The notes: a model not told the origin generated them from the sequence alone. A DNA stretch of 64,000 nt from an uncultured Bacteroidota bacterium (GCA_963827085.1 CAWGZY010000007.1:33615-97614), one strand, 5' to 3'; positions 10,072 to 20,428 are shown, counted from the stretch's first letter. Translations and numbers: made by a program.

Positions 10072-11382
10072 CTAGGTGATTTCAATTCCGTGTTTGCGCT
10101 GAAATTGCCGCAATGCTTCCCATGTCAGCGGCTGGGGCATCTGCTTCATCAAATCATTCCATGTAAGTTCTTCGGAGTTGCCGTCGACGTGAATCATTGA
10201 TATACATTGGTCGACCGGACAGACAATAAAACAGAGCCTGCATCCAACGCAATCGGTTTCCCGCACTTTTGGCTGATTTTTTTCATTATGTGGGAGGACG
10301 TCGATGCACTGGTGCGCGGCGTCATTACAGGCAATATAACAAAGATTGCATTGAATGCATTTTGATTCGTTGATTCTGGCTACCGTTTTGTAGAGAAGAT
10401 TTAAATTGCCGAAATCCGAGATGCATTTGAGCGACTTTCCGCGCAGTTCATCAAGATTACTGTATTTTTTTTCTTCCATCCAATGTGTCAATCCTTCTGT
10501 CATATCCTCGATGATACGGAAACCGTAGTGCATAACCGCTGTGCATGCTTGCACTGAAGAAGCACCGAGCAGAATAAATTCGAGAGCGTCGCGCCATGTT
10601 GAGATTCCTCCGATGGCGGAAATAGGAAGGTTGATCTCCGCGTCGGCAGCAATTTGTGAAACCATGTTCAGTGCAATTGGCTTTACGGCGGGGCCTGCGT
10701 ACCCGCCATGCCCGCCTTTGCCGTCGACAGATGGGTTCAGTTCGAATGTATCGAGGTCGACACCCATAATTGAGTTGATGGTGTTGATGAGCGAAATGCC
10801 GTTTGCTTTTCCTTTTTTTGCCGCGCGCCCGGGAAAACGAATGTCGGAAATATTGGGAGTAAGTTTAACGAGAACAGGAATTGTCGAGACCTCGGTAGCC
10901 CATTCAGTGATCATTGTGCAATACTCAGGGACCTGGCCGACAGCCGATCCCATTCCGCGCTCGTTCATTCCATGAGGGCAGCCGTAATTCAATTCGATTC
11001 CATCGCAGCCGGTATCGATCGTCCGTTTAACAATGTCATGCCATGTTTCCCGTTTCGATTCCACCATCAACGAAGCGATCACAGCCCGGTCAGGCCAAAG
11101 CCTCTTCGTCTCGGCAATTTCTCTTAAGTTGACCTCGACCGGCCGGTCGCTGATGAGTTCAATATTATTCAGGCCGATAATTTTTTGACCGTTATAGTCA
11201 ATCGAACCGTACCGATTCACCACGTTCATGACCGGTTCGCCGATCGTTTTCCACACGGCACCGCCCCAGCCCGCTTCGAACGCTTTGCAGACCTGATATG
11301 CTGAATTTGTCGGCGGGCCGGAAGCAAGCCAAAATGGGTTCGGTGATTTGATCCCGCCGCAATTTATTGATAAGTCGACCAT
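10072..11382 (-). CDS. preA: NAD-dependent dihydropyrimidine dehydrogenase, PreA-like subunit (DHOD-like FMN domain plus 2x[4Fe-4S])
   Basis: 436 aa. TIM-barrel DHODH-like region (IELNYGCPHG) and a C-terminal CIQCNLCYIAC ... CVGCRLCFIVCP ferredoxin pair. Confidence 0.9.
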   Translation of the reverse strand: MVDLSINCGGIKSPNPFWLASGPPTNSAYQVCKAFEAGWGGAVWKTIGEPVMNVVNRYGSIDYNGQKIIGLNNIELISDRPVEVNLREIAETKRLWPDRAVIASLMVESKRETWHDIVKRTIDTGCDGIELNYGCPHGMNERGMGSAVGQVPEYCTMITEWATEVSTIPVLVKLTPNISDIRFPGRAAKKGKANGISLINTINSIMGVDLDTFELNPSVDGKGGHGGYAGPAVKPIALNMVSQIAADAEINLPISAIGGISTWRDALEFILLGASSVQACTAVMHYGFRIIEDMTEGLTHWMEEKKYSNLDELRGKSLKCISDFGNLNLLYKTVARINESKCIQCNLCYIACNDAAHQCIDVLPHNEKNQPKVRETDCVGCRLCFIVCPVDQCISMIHVDGNSEELTWNDLMKQMPQPLTWEALRQFQRKHGIEIT

Positions 11383-11398
11383 ACGTGCCGATGCTCGA

Positions 11399-12748
11399 TT
11401 ATGTTCTGTTCATTAAGAATTTGTCTATTTCATGCGCGGCTTTTTTCCCATCCGCCGCTGCGTTAACGACTTCTTTTCCACCGTTCACGCAATCCCCGCC
11501 GGCGAAAAACTTTGGATTGCTTGTTTGGTATGTCTCGGGGTTTACCCGCACATTGCCGTTTTCCAATTTAAGGTTTTGAATCTGAGAGAAGAATTTTCGT
11601 TCGGTTGTCTGGCCGACGGCCGTTATAATCATGTCGACGGGAAGCTGAAACTCGGAATTGGGGATGGCCTCGGGCATTCTCTTTCTGTTGCCATCCGGAA
11701 CGCTAGGTTTCATCCGAACGCATTCAATCGCTTCGACATGTGTTGAACCAAGAATTTGTTTTGGTGCTGTAAGGAAATGAAAAACCACGCCGTCGCTCTT
11801 GGCAAGTTCGTACTCGAATTCATATGCCGACATCTCTTCTTTGCTGCGGCGGTAAATGATCATGACCTGTTGTGCACCGAGGCGTTTCGCTTCGGTAACA
11901 GCATCAATTGCCGTGTTGCCCGCACCGATCACAGCAACCCGGTTGCCTATCTCCACCGAGCTCCATTTCCTCGATGTAACTCTTTCGATAAAGTGCATCG
12001 CATCGTAAACGCCGGCAAGATTCTCCCCTGGAATTCGTAGCTGCGCAGGAGTTTTCAATCCGACTCCAAGAAAAATTGCATCATGCCTGCGCGACAGCTC
12101 ATCCACGGAAATGCTTTCACCGATAGACATCCCCGTTTTAATTTTCACGCCAAGGCGTTCAACGATTTTTGCTTCATGAAGACTGTCCTCCCGCTTCATC
12201 TTATAGGGAGCAATGCCGAATGTATCGAGCCCGCCGGGTTCGTTCTTGGCTTCGTAAATAGTGGCTTCATATCCCAGCAATGCCAGTTCGGCTGCGCATG
12301 ACAGGCCTGCTGGCCCTCCTCCGATAACCCCGACCGTTTTTCCGTTCTTTGGGGCAGGTTTGAAAAGCGCGGGCATCCCGCGTTCGACATACCAGTCCAT
12401 GACATACCGCTGCAATTTCCCGATGTGAATGGGGTCTTCACCCCGCACATTATAGACGCACGCACCTTCGCAGAGCTCATCGACCGGACAGGCTTTTGCG
12501 CACGTGAGCGCCACCCAGTTTGAGGCGAGAATAGTCTTTGCCGAGCCTTTTATGTTTCCCGATGCGATTTTCTTTATGAATGTCGAGATGTCAATATGCG
12601 TCGGACATGCTTTCATGCACGGGGAATCGAAGCAGTAGAGGCAGCGATTTGCTTCAGCGACGGCTGAGTTTGAAGTGAAGGGGGGATGTAGTTCCGCAAA
12701 ATTGCTCTCGTATTGTTCGGCCGTGAGTTTCGGTGCGATGTTCTTCAT
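11399..12748 (-). CDS. preT: Dihydropyrimidine dehydrogenase PreT-like subunit (GltD-type NAD(P)H oxidoreductase)
   Basis: 449 aa. N-terminal Fe-S cysteines (CLYCFDSPC...CP), GVIGGGPAGLSCA and VIGAGNTAIDA dinucleotide folds. Confidence 0.9.
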   Translation of the reverse strand: MKNIAPKLTAEQYESNFAELHPPFTSNSAVAEANRCLYCFDSPCMKACPTHIDISTFIKKIASGNIKGSAKTILASNWVALTCAKACPVDELCEGACVYNVRGEDPIHIGKLQRYVMDWYVERGMPALFKPAPKNGKTVGVIGGGPAGLSCAAELALLGYEATIYEAKNEPGGLDTFGIAPYKMKREDSLHEAKIVERLGVKIKTGMSIGESISVDELSRRHDAIFLGVGLKTPAQLRIPGENLAGVYDAMHFIERVTSRKWSSVEIGNRVAVIGAGNTAIDAVTEAKRLGAQQVMIIYRRSKEEMSAYEFEYELAKSDGVVFHFLTAPKQILGSTHVEAIECVRMKPSVPDGNRKRMPEAIPNSEFQLPVDMIITAVGQTTERKFFSQIQNLKLENGNVRVNPETYQTSNPKFFAGGDCVNGGKEVVNAAADGKKAAHEIDKFLMNRT

Positions 12749-12837
12749 TCAGCAGGCCGTTTTTCAATGCGCAGAATATTCATAATTGGAGCGTTGAGTA
12801 ACCAGTTTCCGTGGGCGGATCAGAAGACATTGGCGAT

Positions 12838-14169
12838 TTACGAAACCTGTTCATCCGCAAGTCGCAACGCATATTCAAAGACCTCCACTGCTGCGTCGAT
12901 TTCTTTTTGTGTGATAATAAGAGGAGGAGCGATGACAAAATGGCTGACCCACGCTTGTAGGAATACACCTTTCTTCATCATTTCTGACGTAACTTTATCG
13001 ACGAGCAGCGGAACGCCGCCCACCTTGTCTTTGTATGAATTGAACGGTTCTTTCGTTGTTCGATTCTTTACAAGTTCAACGCCCCAGAATAAACCAAGGC
13101 CGCGCACTTCACCGATCGATGGGTGCCTGGCTATGAGGGCGTTAAGTTTAGACCCCATGTACGCACCCATTTCATTTGCTCGTTCAACGAGGTTAAGGCG
13201 TTTGAGCTCGTTGATTGCGGCGATGGCCGGTGCCAGCGTCAAAGGATGTGCCTCGTACGTGTGGCCGTGGGAAAAGTAATGATCGTCAAAATAGTCCGCA
13301 ATCTTTTTCGTCGTTGCGCAAAGCCCGAGGGGAACATAAGCACTCGTGATTCCTTTTGCTGTCGTGAGAATATCCGGCTCCACACTCCAATGGTCCACCG
13401 CGAACCATGACCCCGTTCGGCCCCATCCGCTCATGACTTCATCTGCGATGAGGAGAACACTATGCTTGGCGCAAATTTGCTTGAGGCGCGGCAGATATTC
13501 CTTCGGCGGGATCAATACTCCGTTCGTTCCGACCACCGGCTCAATGACGATTGCGGCGACATCGCTCTCGTTTTCAATCATGTGGTCGATGTATTCCACG
13601 CAGGCAATTCCGCATTGCGGGTATGTGTGGTGAAGAGGGCAGCGGTAACAGTTAACCTCGGGTCCGAAGATAACGCCCGGGATTTTTCCAGCCGGTTCCA
13701 TCGCCCATCGGCGCGGGTCGCCCGTGGCGGCTATCGACCCCATGGTTGAGCCATGGTACGAATGATACCGTGCGATTATTTTTGTCTTACCGGTATACAT
13801 CCGTGCAATTTTAAACGCAGCCTCGTTCGCTTCAGTGCCGGATGTCGTGTAGAAAAATTTTTCCAGACCTTTCGGAAGGACTTGGAGGAGGAGTTTGCTC
13901 AATTCGGCCCGCACATCGGTTGCAAAACCGGGGGCTATGTACGGAAGTTTTCGGGCTTGTTCCTCAATCGCTGTAATCACTGCTTGGTTCTTATAACCGA
14001 GCGTTACACACATCAGCTGCGAGGATAAATCCAAATATTTCTTCCCGTTTGCATCGATGAAATAGCATCCCTCCGCATCCGTAATGTGGAGAGGCTTCCA
14101 GTCCTTTTGAAACCTCCAAGTCCCGAACGTGTTCTTTGCCGTTATATCGATTACTTCTTGTGAAGTCAT
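12838..14169 (-). CDS. Class III (omega) aminotransferase, likely beta-alanine:pyruvate/2-oxoglutarate type
   Basis: 443 aa. TTSGTEANEAA, LIADEVMSGWGRTG and TTAKG (PLP Lys). The specificity is inferred from operon context. Confidence 0.85.
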   Translation of the reverse strand: MTSQEVIDITAKNTFGTWRFQKDWKPLHITDAEGCYFIDANGKKYLDLSSQLMCVTLGYKNQAVITAIEEQARKLPYIAPGFATDVRAELSKLLLQVLPKGLEKFFYTTSGTEANEAAFKIARMYTGKTKIIARYHSYHGSTMGSIAATGDPRRWAMEPAGKIPGVIFGPEVNCYRCPLHHTYPQCGIACVEYIDHMIENESDVAAIVIEPVVGTNGVLIPPKEYLPRLKQICAKHSVLLIADEVMSGWGRTGSWFAVDHWSVEPDILTTAKGITSAYVPLGLCATTKKIADYFDDHYFSHGHTYEAHPLTLAPAIAAINELKRLNLVERANEMGAYMGSKLNALIARHPSIGEVRGLGLFWGVELVKNRTTKEPFNSYKDKVGGVPLLVDKVTSEMMKKGVFLQAWVSHFVIAPPLIITQKEIDAAVEVFEYALRLADEQVS

Positions 14170-14251
14170 TGCGCTGGTACGTTGTTTTGCACAGTGAAAG
14201 CTCTGAAATCCAAATTCTCTTAGTCTTTAATTTTTAACTTTTCACTTGCCT

Positions 14252-15124
14252 TCAGTATTCTTCAACAATTTCTCTGTACGTTTCCGGTCTTCGATCCCGG
14301 TAGAATTGCCAGACCGACCGGACCTCCTTTATTATGTCTAAATCCAAATCAGCGACTACAAGTTCGGTCTTGTCGCGGCTCGCTTGTGCAATAATTTTTC
14401 CCCGCGGATTGCAGAAATAACTTTTCCCGTAAAATTCTCCGATATCCCAGGGGGGCTCCGTACCAACCCGGTTAATCGCCCCGACGAAATATCCGTTTGC
14501 AACAGCGTGTGCCGGTTGTTCGAGTTCCCATAAATATTCCGACAATCCTGCAACCGTCGCCGATGGGTTAAAGACGATTTCCGCACCATGCAATCCAAGA
14601 ATGCGCGCACCTTCTGGAAAGTGCCGGTCGTAGCAAATATAGATGCCAATATCGGCATAACGTGTTTTAAATACAGGGTACCCGAGATTACCCGGCTTAA
14701 AGTAGAACTTTTCCCAGAAACCCGGGTCGACTTGCGGAATATGGTGTTTGCGGTATTTCCCGAGATACTTCCCATCAGCGTCAAGTACGGCAGCCGTGTT
14801 GTAGTAGATCCCTGTCATTTCCTCTTCATAAATCGGAACAACCATCGCCATTGAATATTTCTTTGCGTACTCCTGCATCAGTTTTACCGTCGGCCCCTCG
14901 GGAATTTTTTCGACCATTGCATACCATTTTGTCTTCTGTTCAGCACAGAAATATGGTCCGAAGAAAATTTCCTGAAGGCAGAGTATCTGGACTCCTTTTT
15001 TCCCCGCTTCTTCGATAAGTGCAATATGTTTATCGATCATCGATTTTTTTATTACTTCAATCGGCTTTTCCGTCGATTCTGATACGGAACACTGGATCAG
15101 TCCCCCCTTTACTATGCGAGGCAT
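14252..15124 (-). CDS. Beta-ureidopropionase (nitrilase-superfamily N-carbamoyl-beta-alanine amidohydrolase)
   Basis: 290 aa. CN-hydrolase catalytic triad context (LQEIF..., YRKHHIP, ICYDRHFPE). First gene of the operon. Confidence 0.85.
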   Translation of the reverse strand: MPRIVKGGLIQCSVSESTEKPIEVIKKSMIDKHIALIEEAGKKGVQILCLQEIFFGPYFCAEQKTKWYAMVEKIPEGPTVKLMQEYAKKYSMAMVVPIYEEEMTGIYYNTAAVLDADGKYLGKYRKHHIPQVDPGFWEKFYFKPGNLGYPVFKTRYADIGIYICYDRHFPEGARILGLHGAEIVFNPSATVAGLSEYLWELEQPAHAVANGYFVGAINRVGTEPPWDIGEFYGKSYFCNPRGKIIAQASRDKTELVVADLDLDIIKEVRSVWQFYRDRRPETYREIVEEY

Positions 15125-15318
15125 GCAGACTCCTTCTTCACACGAGCAATTTTACAATGGCTATCGTCGAAATGGCTGAGTGAAATAGTAATTACAATTT
15201 TGTTGATTGTCAAGGATTTAGGGGGGAATTCCCATCGCTTGTTTTTAAAACTACTATTGATTACCTTGTGTTGCAACCTTGTAATCAACCGTGTGTTTAA
15301 CCAAGGAGAATATTTGCA

Positions 15319-15927
15319 ATGAAATCAAAAGGTCTCGTTATCGCATTGTCAGTTATTGGCGGAATACTTCTGGTCGGAATTTTTACCATAATGTGGGGAG
15401 TCGGCGTTTATAACAGATTGGTGGCGATGAACGAGGGAGTAAACAGTCAGTGGTCGCAAGTTCAAAATCAATACCAGCGTCGGTTCGATTTGATCCCGAA
15501 CCTGGTCGAGACAGTAAAGGGATACGCGAGCCACGAGAAAGAGACGTTGGAAAACGTTGTCGAAGCGCGTGCCAAAGTCGGTCAAATGGTCATTTCCCCC
15601 GAAGTGTTGAAGAACCCTCAGGCTTTTCAGATGTTCGAGAAAGCGCAAGGGGAGTTAACATCGGCCTTGTCCCGTCTAATGGTGGTTACCGAAAATTATC
15701 CGAACCTCAAGGCGAATGAAAATTTTCTCCAATTGCAGGCGCAGTTGGAAGGTACCGAAAACCGTATAGCGGTCGAACGAAAACATTTTAATGAAGTGGT
15801 ACAGGCGTACAATACGGCAATTAAGACAATCCCGACATCAATGATTGCAGGTTTCGGTGGATTTGGTCCCAAAGCGTACTTCCAGGCGCAAACGGGAGCC
15901 GAGGAAGCGCCGAAAGTCAAATTTTAA
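15319..15927 (+). CDS. lemA: LemA family protein
   Basis: 202 aa. N-terminal TM segment and the typical LemA core (YNRLV...NQYQRRFDLIPNLVETVKGYA.HE...L). Confidence 0.9.
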   Translation: MKSKGLVIALSVIGGILLVGIFTIMWGVGVYNRLVAMNEGVNSQWSQVQNQYQRRFDLIPNLVETVKGYASHEKETLENVVEARAKVGQMVISPEVLKNPQAFQMFEKAQGELTSALSRLMVVTENYPNLKANENFLQLQAQLEGTENRIAVERKHFNEVVQAYNTAIKTIPTSMIAGFGGFGPKAYFQAQTGAEEAPKVKF

Positions 15928-15941
15928 CCGCAGGTGATACT

Positions 15942-16715
15942 ATCAAAAATCACTTAACACATCGCCTAAGAGTTCTATTTCTCTTATCTATTCTCTCGTC
16001 TGCCTGGTTTGTGCTGAAGGCGCAAGATATCCCAGTGCCGCAATTGCACGAACATGTTACCGATTTTACAAACACCCTCGAATTCTCCGAATGGCGTTCG
16101 CTCGAAACGCAACTGAAGCGATTTGAGGACAGTACATCCACACAGATCGCGGTTGTTGTGATTCAGTCGTTGCAGGGAGAAGACATTACCGATTACTCGC
16201 TAAAAATCGCAGAAGCGAATAAGATCGGGACAAAGGGGAAGGATAATGGCCTTCTTATTCTCATTGCAAAGCAAGATAAGCAAATACGGTTCGAGGTCGG
16301 TTATGGACTGGAGGGTTCGCTGCCGGACGCGTTGTGTGATCAAATTATCCGAAACGAGATCCGTCCCCGTTTTCGAGACGGTGATTATTATGGCGGTATC
16401 AGTGCAGGCCTCGATGCGGTTATTAAGGCGACCAAGGGTGAATACAAAGCAGAAGGCCGGACGAGAAACAAAGTGACGAATTTTGGGTCAGTGATATTAT
16501 CAATCATTTTGTTTGTTATTTTCGGAATGTCGATCTTCGGCGGCGGACGGCGCTATGGCATTTCATCGCGCGGACATTATCAGTCGGGATATTGGGGAGG
16601 CGGTTTTGGAGGGGGAGGATTTTTTGGGGGAGGAGGTTTCGGCGGCGGAGGCGGTGGGGGATGGTCCGGCGGCGGCGGATCTTTTGGCGGCGGTGGAGCA
16701 AGCGGAAGCTGGTAA
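15942..16715 (+). CDS. TPM-domain (YgcG-like) protein with a Gly-rich C-terminal tail; start codon uncertain
   Basis: TPM core (STQIAVVVIQSL.GEDI..Y), a TM segment, and a GGGFGGGG tail. The first canonical start is GTG at 16011, but the in-frame upstream sequence encodes a textbook signal peptide (KNHLTHRLRVLFLLSILSSAWFVLKA/QD). This would need the ATC at 15942, which has AGGTGA 4-5 nt upstream. Confidence 0.8.
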   Translation: MKNHLTHRLRVLFLLSILSSAWFVLKAQDIPVPQLHEHVTDFTNTLEFSEWRSLETQLKRFEDSTSTQIAVVVIQSLQGEDITDYSLKIAEANKIGTKGKDNGLLILIAKQDKQIRFEVGYGLEGSLPDALCDQIIRNEIRPRFRDGDYYGGISAGLDAVIKATKGEYKAEGRTRNKVTNFGSVILSIILFVIFGMSIFGGGRRYGISSRGHYQSGYWGGGFGGGGFFGGGGFGGGGGGGWSGGGGSFGGGGASGSW

Positions 16716-16757
16716 GTAATCTCATATCCCAAAGTACAGTACAATACGCAGGATAGA

Positions 16758-17771
16758 ATGTTAATCGTGATGAGGCTCGACGCCTCGCGAAAAGAAATTG
16801 ATGCGGTCAAAGAAAAAATATCGTCCTTTGGTTTTTCCCCCCATGAGATTCCCGGCGTTCAACGGGTCGCAATTGGCGTAACCGGGAACAAGGGAAAGGT
16901 GGACCCGGAAAATTTTCTTACTCTTTCCGGTGTCATCGACGTCATTTCCGTTTCAAAACCGTTCAAACTTGTCAGCAGGGATTTTAAGCCTGAATCAACT
17001 ATTGTTGATGTCGGCGGCGTAAAGTTCGGGGGAGAAGAGATTAACATCATCGCTGGCCCTTGTTCAGTAGAAAGCCGCTCGCAAATCAAAGAAATTGCGG
17101 AACTGGTTAAAAGTGCCGGCGCACGATTTCTCAGAGGGGGGGCGTTTAAGCCGAGGACGTCCCCTTATGCATTTCAAGGGTTGAAACTTGAAGGGCTGGG
17201 GTATCTCAAGGAAGCGGCGGAAGCGACCGGGCTAAAAATAGTGACGGAAGTGAAGGATACCGAGACTCTTTCCGTTGTTGCAGAACATTCCGACATTCTC
17301 CAAATCGGCGCCCGTAACATGTACAATTTTTCATTACTCGAACGGGTCGGCGAGTTACACAAGCCGGTGCTCTTGAAGAGAGGACTTTCTGCAACGATCG
17401 AAGAACTGCTCATGGCGGCCGAGTACATCTTGTCAAAGGGAAATTACAATGTTATCCTCTGCGAACGGGGTATTCGGACCTTCGAGACGTACACGCGCAA
17501 CACGCTTGATTTGAATGCAATCCCCGTGATAAAAAAATTATCACATTTGCCGGTCATCGTCGATCCGAGCCATGGAACGGGTGCATGGGATTTGGTCTCG
17601 CCGATGGCGCTTGCGGCAATTGCCGCCGGAGCGGACGGGTTGATGGTGGAGGTACATGCTCATCCCGACCAGGCGATGTCGGACGGCTTTCAGTCGTTGA
17701 AACCTGCTGCATTTCTCCATCTTATGAAAAAGCTGAAAGAAATATCTGTCATTGTCGGACGACGAATGTAA
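16758..17771 (+). CDS. 3-deoxy-7-phosphoheptulonate (DAHP) synthase, type I-beta with an N-terminal ferredoxin-like regulatory domain
   Basis: 337 aa. KDO8P/DAHP-I-beta core ([32 protein letters not shown]) preceded by an extra domain of about 65 aa. Confidence 0.92.
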   Translation: MLIVMRLDASRKEIDAVKEKISSFGFSPHEIPGVQRVAIGVTGNKGKVDPENFLTLSGVIDVISVSKPFKLVSRDFKPESTIVDVGGVKFGGEEINIIAGPCSVESRSQIKEIAELVKSAGARFLRGGAFKPRTSPYAFQGLKLEGLGYLKEAAEATGLKIVTEVKDTETLSVVAEHSDILQIGARNMYNFSLLERVGELHKPVLLKRGLSATIEELLMAAEYILSKGNYNVILCERGIRTFETYTRNTLDLNAIPVIKKLSHLPVIVDPSHGTGAWDLVSPMALAAIAAGADGLMVEVHAHPDQAMSDGFQSLKPAAFLHLMKKLKEISVIVGRRM

Positions 17772-17784
17772 CGTTCCTTTTTTT

Positions 17785-20349
17785 ATGTCCTCAAAGCGAC
17801 TTCCGAAACAACGTGCTAAACAGCCAGCAGCTCGTCAAGCGTCCGGTCGAGGTAATACAGCCGCGCAATTGAAGAAACTCTATGGATTCTTCAACCGCCT
17901 TGCTGACGGAGTTCTTGAAACCCATCACGTCGAAAAAAAATCAGTTCCATCATTCTTATACCATGTTCTAAAATTCGCCGGCGGAGTTGCTGCCGCTATA
18001 TATCGTGTCGAAGACAAGACCGTGAGACTTGCAGGGTCTTATTCGTACCCTGTTCAATTGCGTCGTTTTCTGGCGGAGCAAAGCCTCTCTGAATCCCATC
18101 TCAAAAACATCGTGCGGAAAAAAACCTCCTTGCTCGTTCATCCCGGCGGCAAAAAATTGTTTCCGGCCAAGGCGGGCAAAACTATTCGCTTTGACAAACT
18201 TCCTGTAACACATATCTCCGTAGTTGAGCGTCATCGAGTCGTGGGAGTTGTGGAACTCATCGGCGGTTCATTGACCGAGAACAAGGGGGAAGAAAAGCTT
18301 ATAGCGAGCAAAGTTGGGCGTTATGCACTTTTTCTTCTGCACGCGGCTCAAAAAGCTTCCTCCCACGCAATGAATGCGGCGGAGTACGAATCGATCATTG
18401 AAGCAATGGCCGATGGAGTGACGATCGTTCGTGATTTGAAAATTCTTTACGCAAATACCGCTCTGAAAGAAATGTTTGGCTTTAATGAAAACGACTCGAT
18501 GAGGGATAAGCATATTGAAACGATCATAGCTCCGGAAGACCGCGAGCGAGTAGTTGAGAGAAGTAAGAGCCGCGTCGATGGAAAAAATGTTCCGAACCGG
18601 TATGAGTACAAGGCTATGAGAAAAGACGGAACATTATTTGACGCAGAAGTCGTCGTGAGCATAATTCCTTTTCGAGGAGGGCAGGCGGTCATTGCAGTGC
18701 ATCGGGATATTTCGCTCAAGCACGCCATTGAAAAGGAATTGCAGCAATCGGAACAGATGTTCCGCAATGTCATCGATGGAGTGCTTACCGTCGGGGATGC
18801 GCTCGTCGTCACCAATTTAGAGGGAAAAGTGCTGCAGGTGAACAACGAATTCGAGCGGCTTACCGGCATCAAGAAATCCGACGCAATCGGCAAAGAGTTT
18901 CCGTACGAATGGCTTCTCGACGAAGAAATGTCGCGTTATGTCCTCTGGATAAAAGAATTGCGGGAAAAGAAAAGCTTACGTGATTTTGACATCCATTGGA
19001 AGAACACCGGCGGGAGATTGATTTCCGTCAGTATGAATACGACGCTGCTCTACAATGCGCTCAACCGTCCCGTCGCAATGATGAATATGGCGCGCGACAT
19101 TACTGAGCGGAAAAACCTGGAAGAGGTTAACCGCCTTCAATTTGAACGGCTGCGCGTTCTCTACGAACTCAGCCGAACCCTGACATCCCTGCTCAAAATT
19201 AATGAAATTGCGGAAGCAGTCTATAAGCATCTTGTCGAGGTGCTCCCCTTTGACGCATTTTTTATCGACCTTTTTGATGAGTCGAAGGGGACAGTGCGAA
19301 ATGTCGTATGCTATGACACGATCAATAATGCCAAGGTGAAAATCCAGTCTGAATCGGGGGAAAGTTCTCTCCGTGCAGGGACGGGAATTGCAAAAGTGAT
19401 TGAAGCGAGAAAATCATTGCTTGAAAATCGAGACAAAGATTCACCGGGTGCCATGCAGTATCCTTTCGGCGACAAAGCGCGGCCGTCATTGTCGCTTTTG
19501 TATATTCCGATGTTTTCGAGGGAGAAGATTATCGGCGTGCTGTCTATGCAAAGTTATGCGCCGAATCTGTACAAAGCATCTCATATTCGGCTCCTCGAGA
19601 GTTTTGCCAACCTTGCCGCCATTGCGTTAGAGAAAGCGAAGCTATACGAAGAAACGATTTCAAAATCAATTCAGCTTCAAAACCGGAACAAGGAGTTGGA
19701 TGACTTCACCTACGTTGTGTCGCACGATTTAAAAGAACCGCTGATAACGGTCGAAGGCTACAGTCGCGTACTTCTCAAGGACCATGTTCACGAAAAAGAT
19801 GGCGCTGCATCTGAGTATATTCAATCAATTATTCAATCCTGTACAAGGATGAAGGGCCTGATCGACGACCTGCTTGTGCTTTCCCGTGTTTCGCGATTTT
19901 CGGAACTCACGGAAGTTGTTTCCTTGAATGAGATACTAAACGAAGTATTGGATGACCTGAGATTCTCTATACAGGAGAAGCATGTCGCTTTAGTGCTCCC
20001 CGACCAGCCTTTATCCTATCAGTGCAATCCAACGCAAATAAAGCTCGTTCTGCGGAACCTCATTTCGAACGCGATAAAATTTAACAAGAATGAGAACCCG
20101 GTTATTAAGATCACCTTGGAAGAGAGTGAGAAACGCATTCTCTTTTCCATTCAAGACAACGGTATCGGCATCGAAAAAAGGTATTTTGACAAGATATTCG
20201 TTATCTTTCAAAGGTTGAACCCTGAATATGAAGGAAGCGGTGCGGGTCTGGCAATCGTAAAAAAAATCGTAGAACTTTATCAAGGGCAAATTTGGCTGGA
20301 ATCAGAAATCGGGAAAGGGACGACTTTTTATTTTTCTCTTCCGAGGTGA
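17785..20349 (+). CDS. Cytoplasmic sensor histidine kinase (GAF-PAS-PAS-GAF-HisKA-HATPase)
   Basis: H-box FTYVVSHDLKEPL, N-box NLISNAIKFN, G-boxes DNGIGI and GSGAGLAIVK. Two PAS-like and two GAF-like segments, no TM segment. Start taken at MSSKRL; the ORF opens at 17752 and overlaps the DAHP synthase gene. Confidence 0.9.
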   Translation: MSSKRLPKQRAKQPAARQASGRGNTAAQLKKLYGFFNRLADGVLETHHVEKKSVPSFLYHVLKFAGGVAAAIYRVEDKTVRLAGSYSYPVQLRRFLAEQSLSESHLKNIVRKKTSLLVHPGGKKLFPAKAGKTIRFDKLPVTHISVVERHRVVGVVELIGGSLTENKGEEKLIASKVGRYALFLLHAAQKASSHAMNAAEYESIIEAMADGVTIVRDLKILYANTALKEMFGFNENDSMRDKHIETIIAPEDRERVVERSKSRVDGKNVPNRYEYKAMRKDGTLFDAEVVVSIIPFRGGQAVIAVHRDISLKHAIEKELQQSEQMFRNVIDGVLTVGDALVVTNLEGKVLQVNNEFERLTGIKKSDAIGKEFPYEWLLDEEMSRYVLWIKELREKKSLRDFDIHWKNTGGRLISVSMNTTLLYNALNRPVAMMNMARDITERKNLEEVNRLQFERLRVLYELSRTLTSLLKINEIAEAVYKHLVEVLPFDAFFIDLFDESKGTVRNVVCYDTINNAKVKIQSESGESSLRAGTGIAKVIEARKSLLENRDKDSPGAMQYPFGDKARPSLSLLYIPMFSREKIIGVLSMQSYAPNLYKASHIRLLESFANLAAIALEKAKLYEETISKSIQLQNRNKELDDFTYVVSHDLKEPLITVEGYSRVLLKDHVHEKDGAASEYIQSIIQSCTRMKGLIDDLLVLSRVSRFSELTEVVSLNEILNEVLDDLRFSIQEKHVALVLPDQPLSYQCNPTQIKLVLRNLISNAIKFNKNENPVIKITLEESEKRILFSIQDNGIGIEKRYFDKIFVIFQRLNPEYEGSGAGLAIVKKIVELYQGQIWLESEIGKGTTFYFSLPR

Positions 20350-20428
20350 TTGTCAGCGGCCTTACTCATCCACTATCGGCTGACTTCAGCGTGGCGTGTT
20401 TTTTTTATAGTATAGAAAATTGAGCACA

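Noticed and set aside
15125-15318. 10-bp palindrome gggaattccc and ttgat/atcaa-like repeats in the divergent region between the pyrimidine operon and lemA
   Set aside because: They are short, match no consensus I can name, and could easily arise by chance in 194 bp. Noted only as a possible operator for the pyrimidine operon.
16580-16810. Pro-rich 76-aa ORF on the minus strand
   Set aside because: It is the antisense reading of the GGC/GGA-rich region that encodes the Gly-rich tail of the TPM protein, so it is an artefact.
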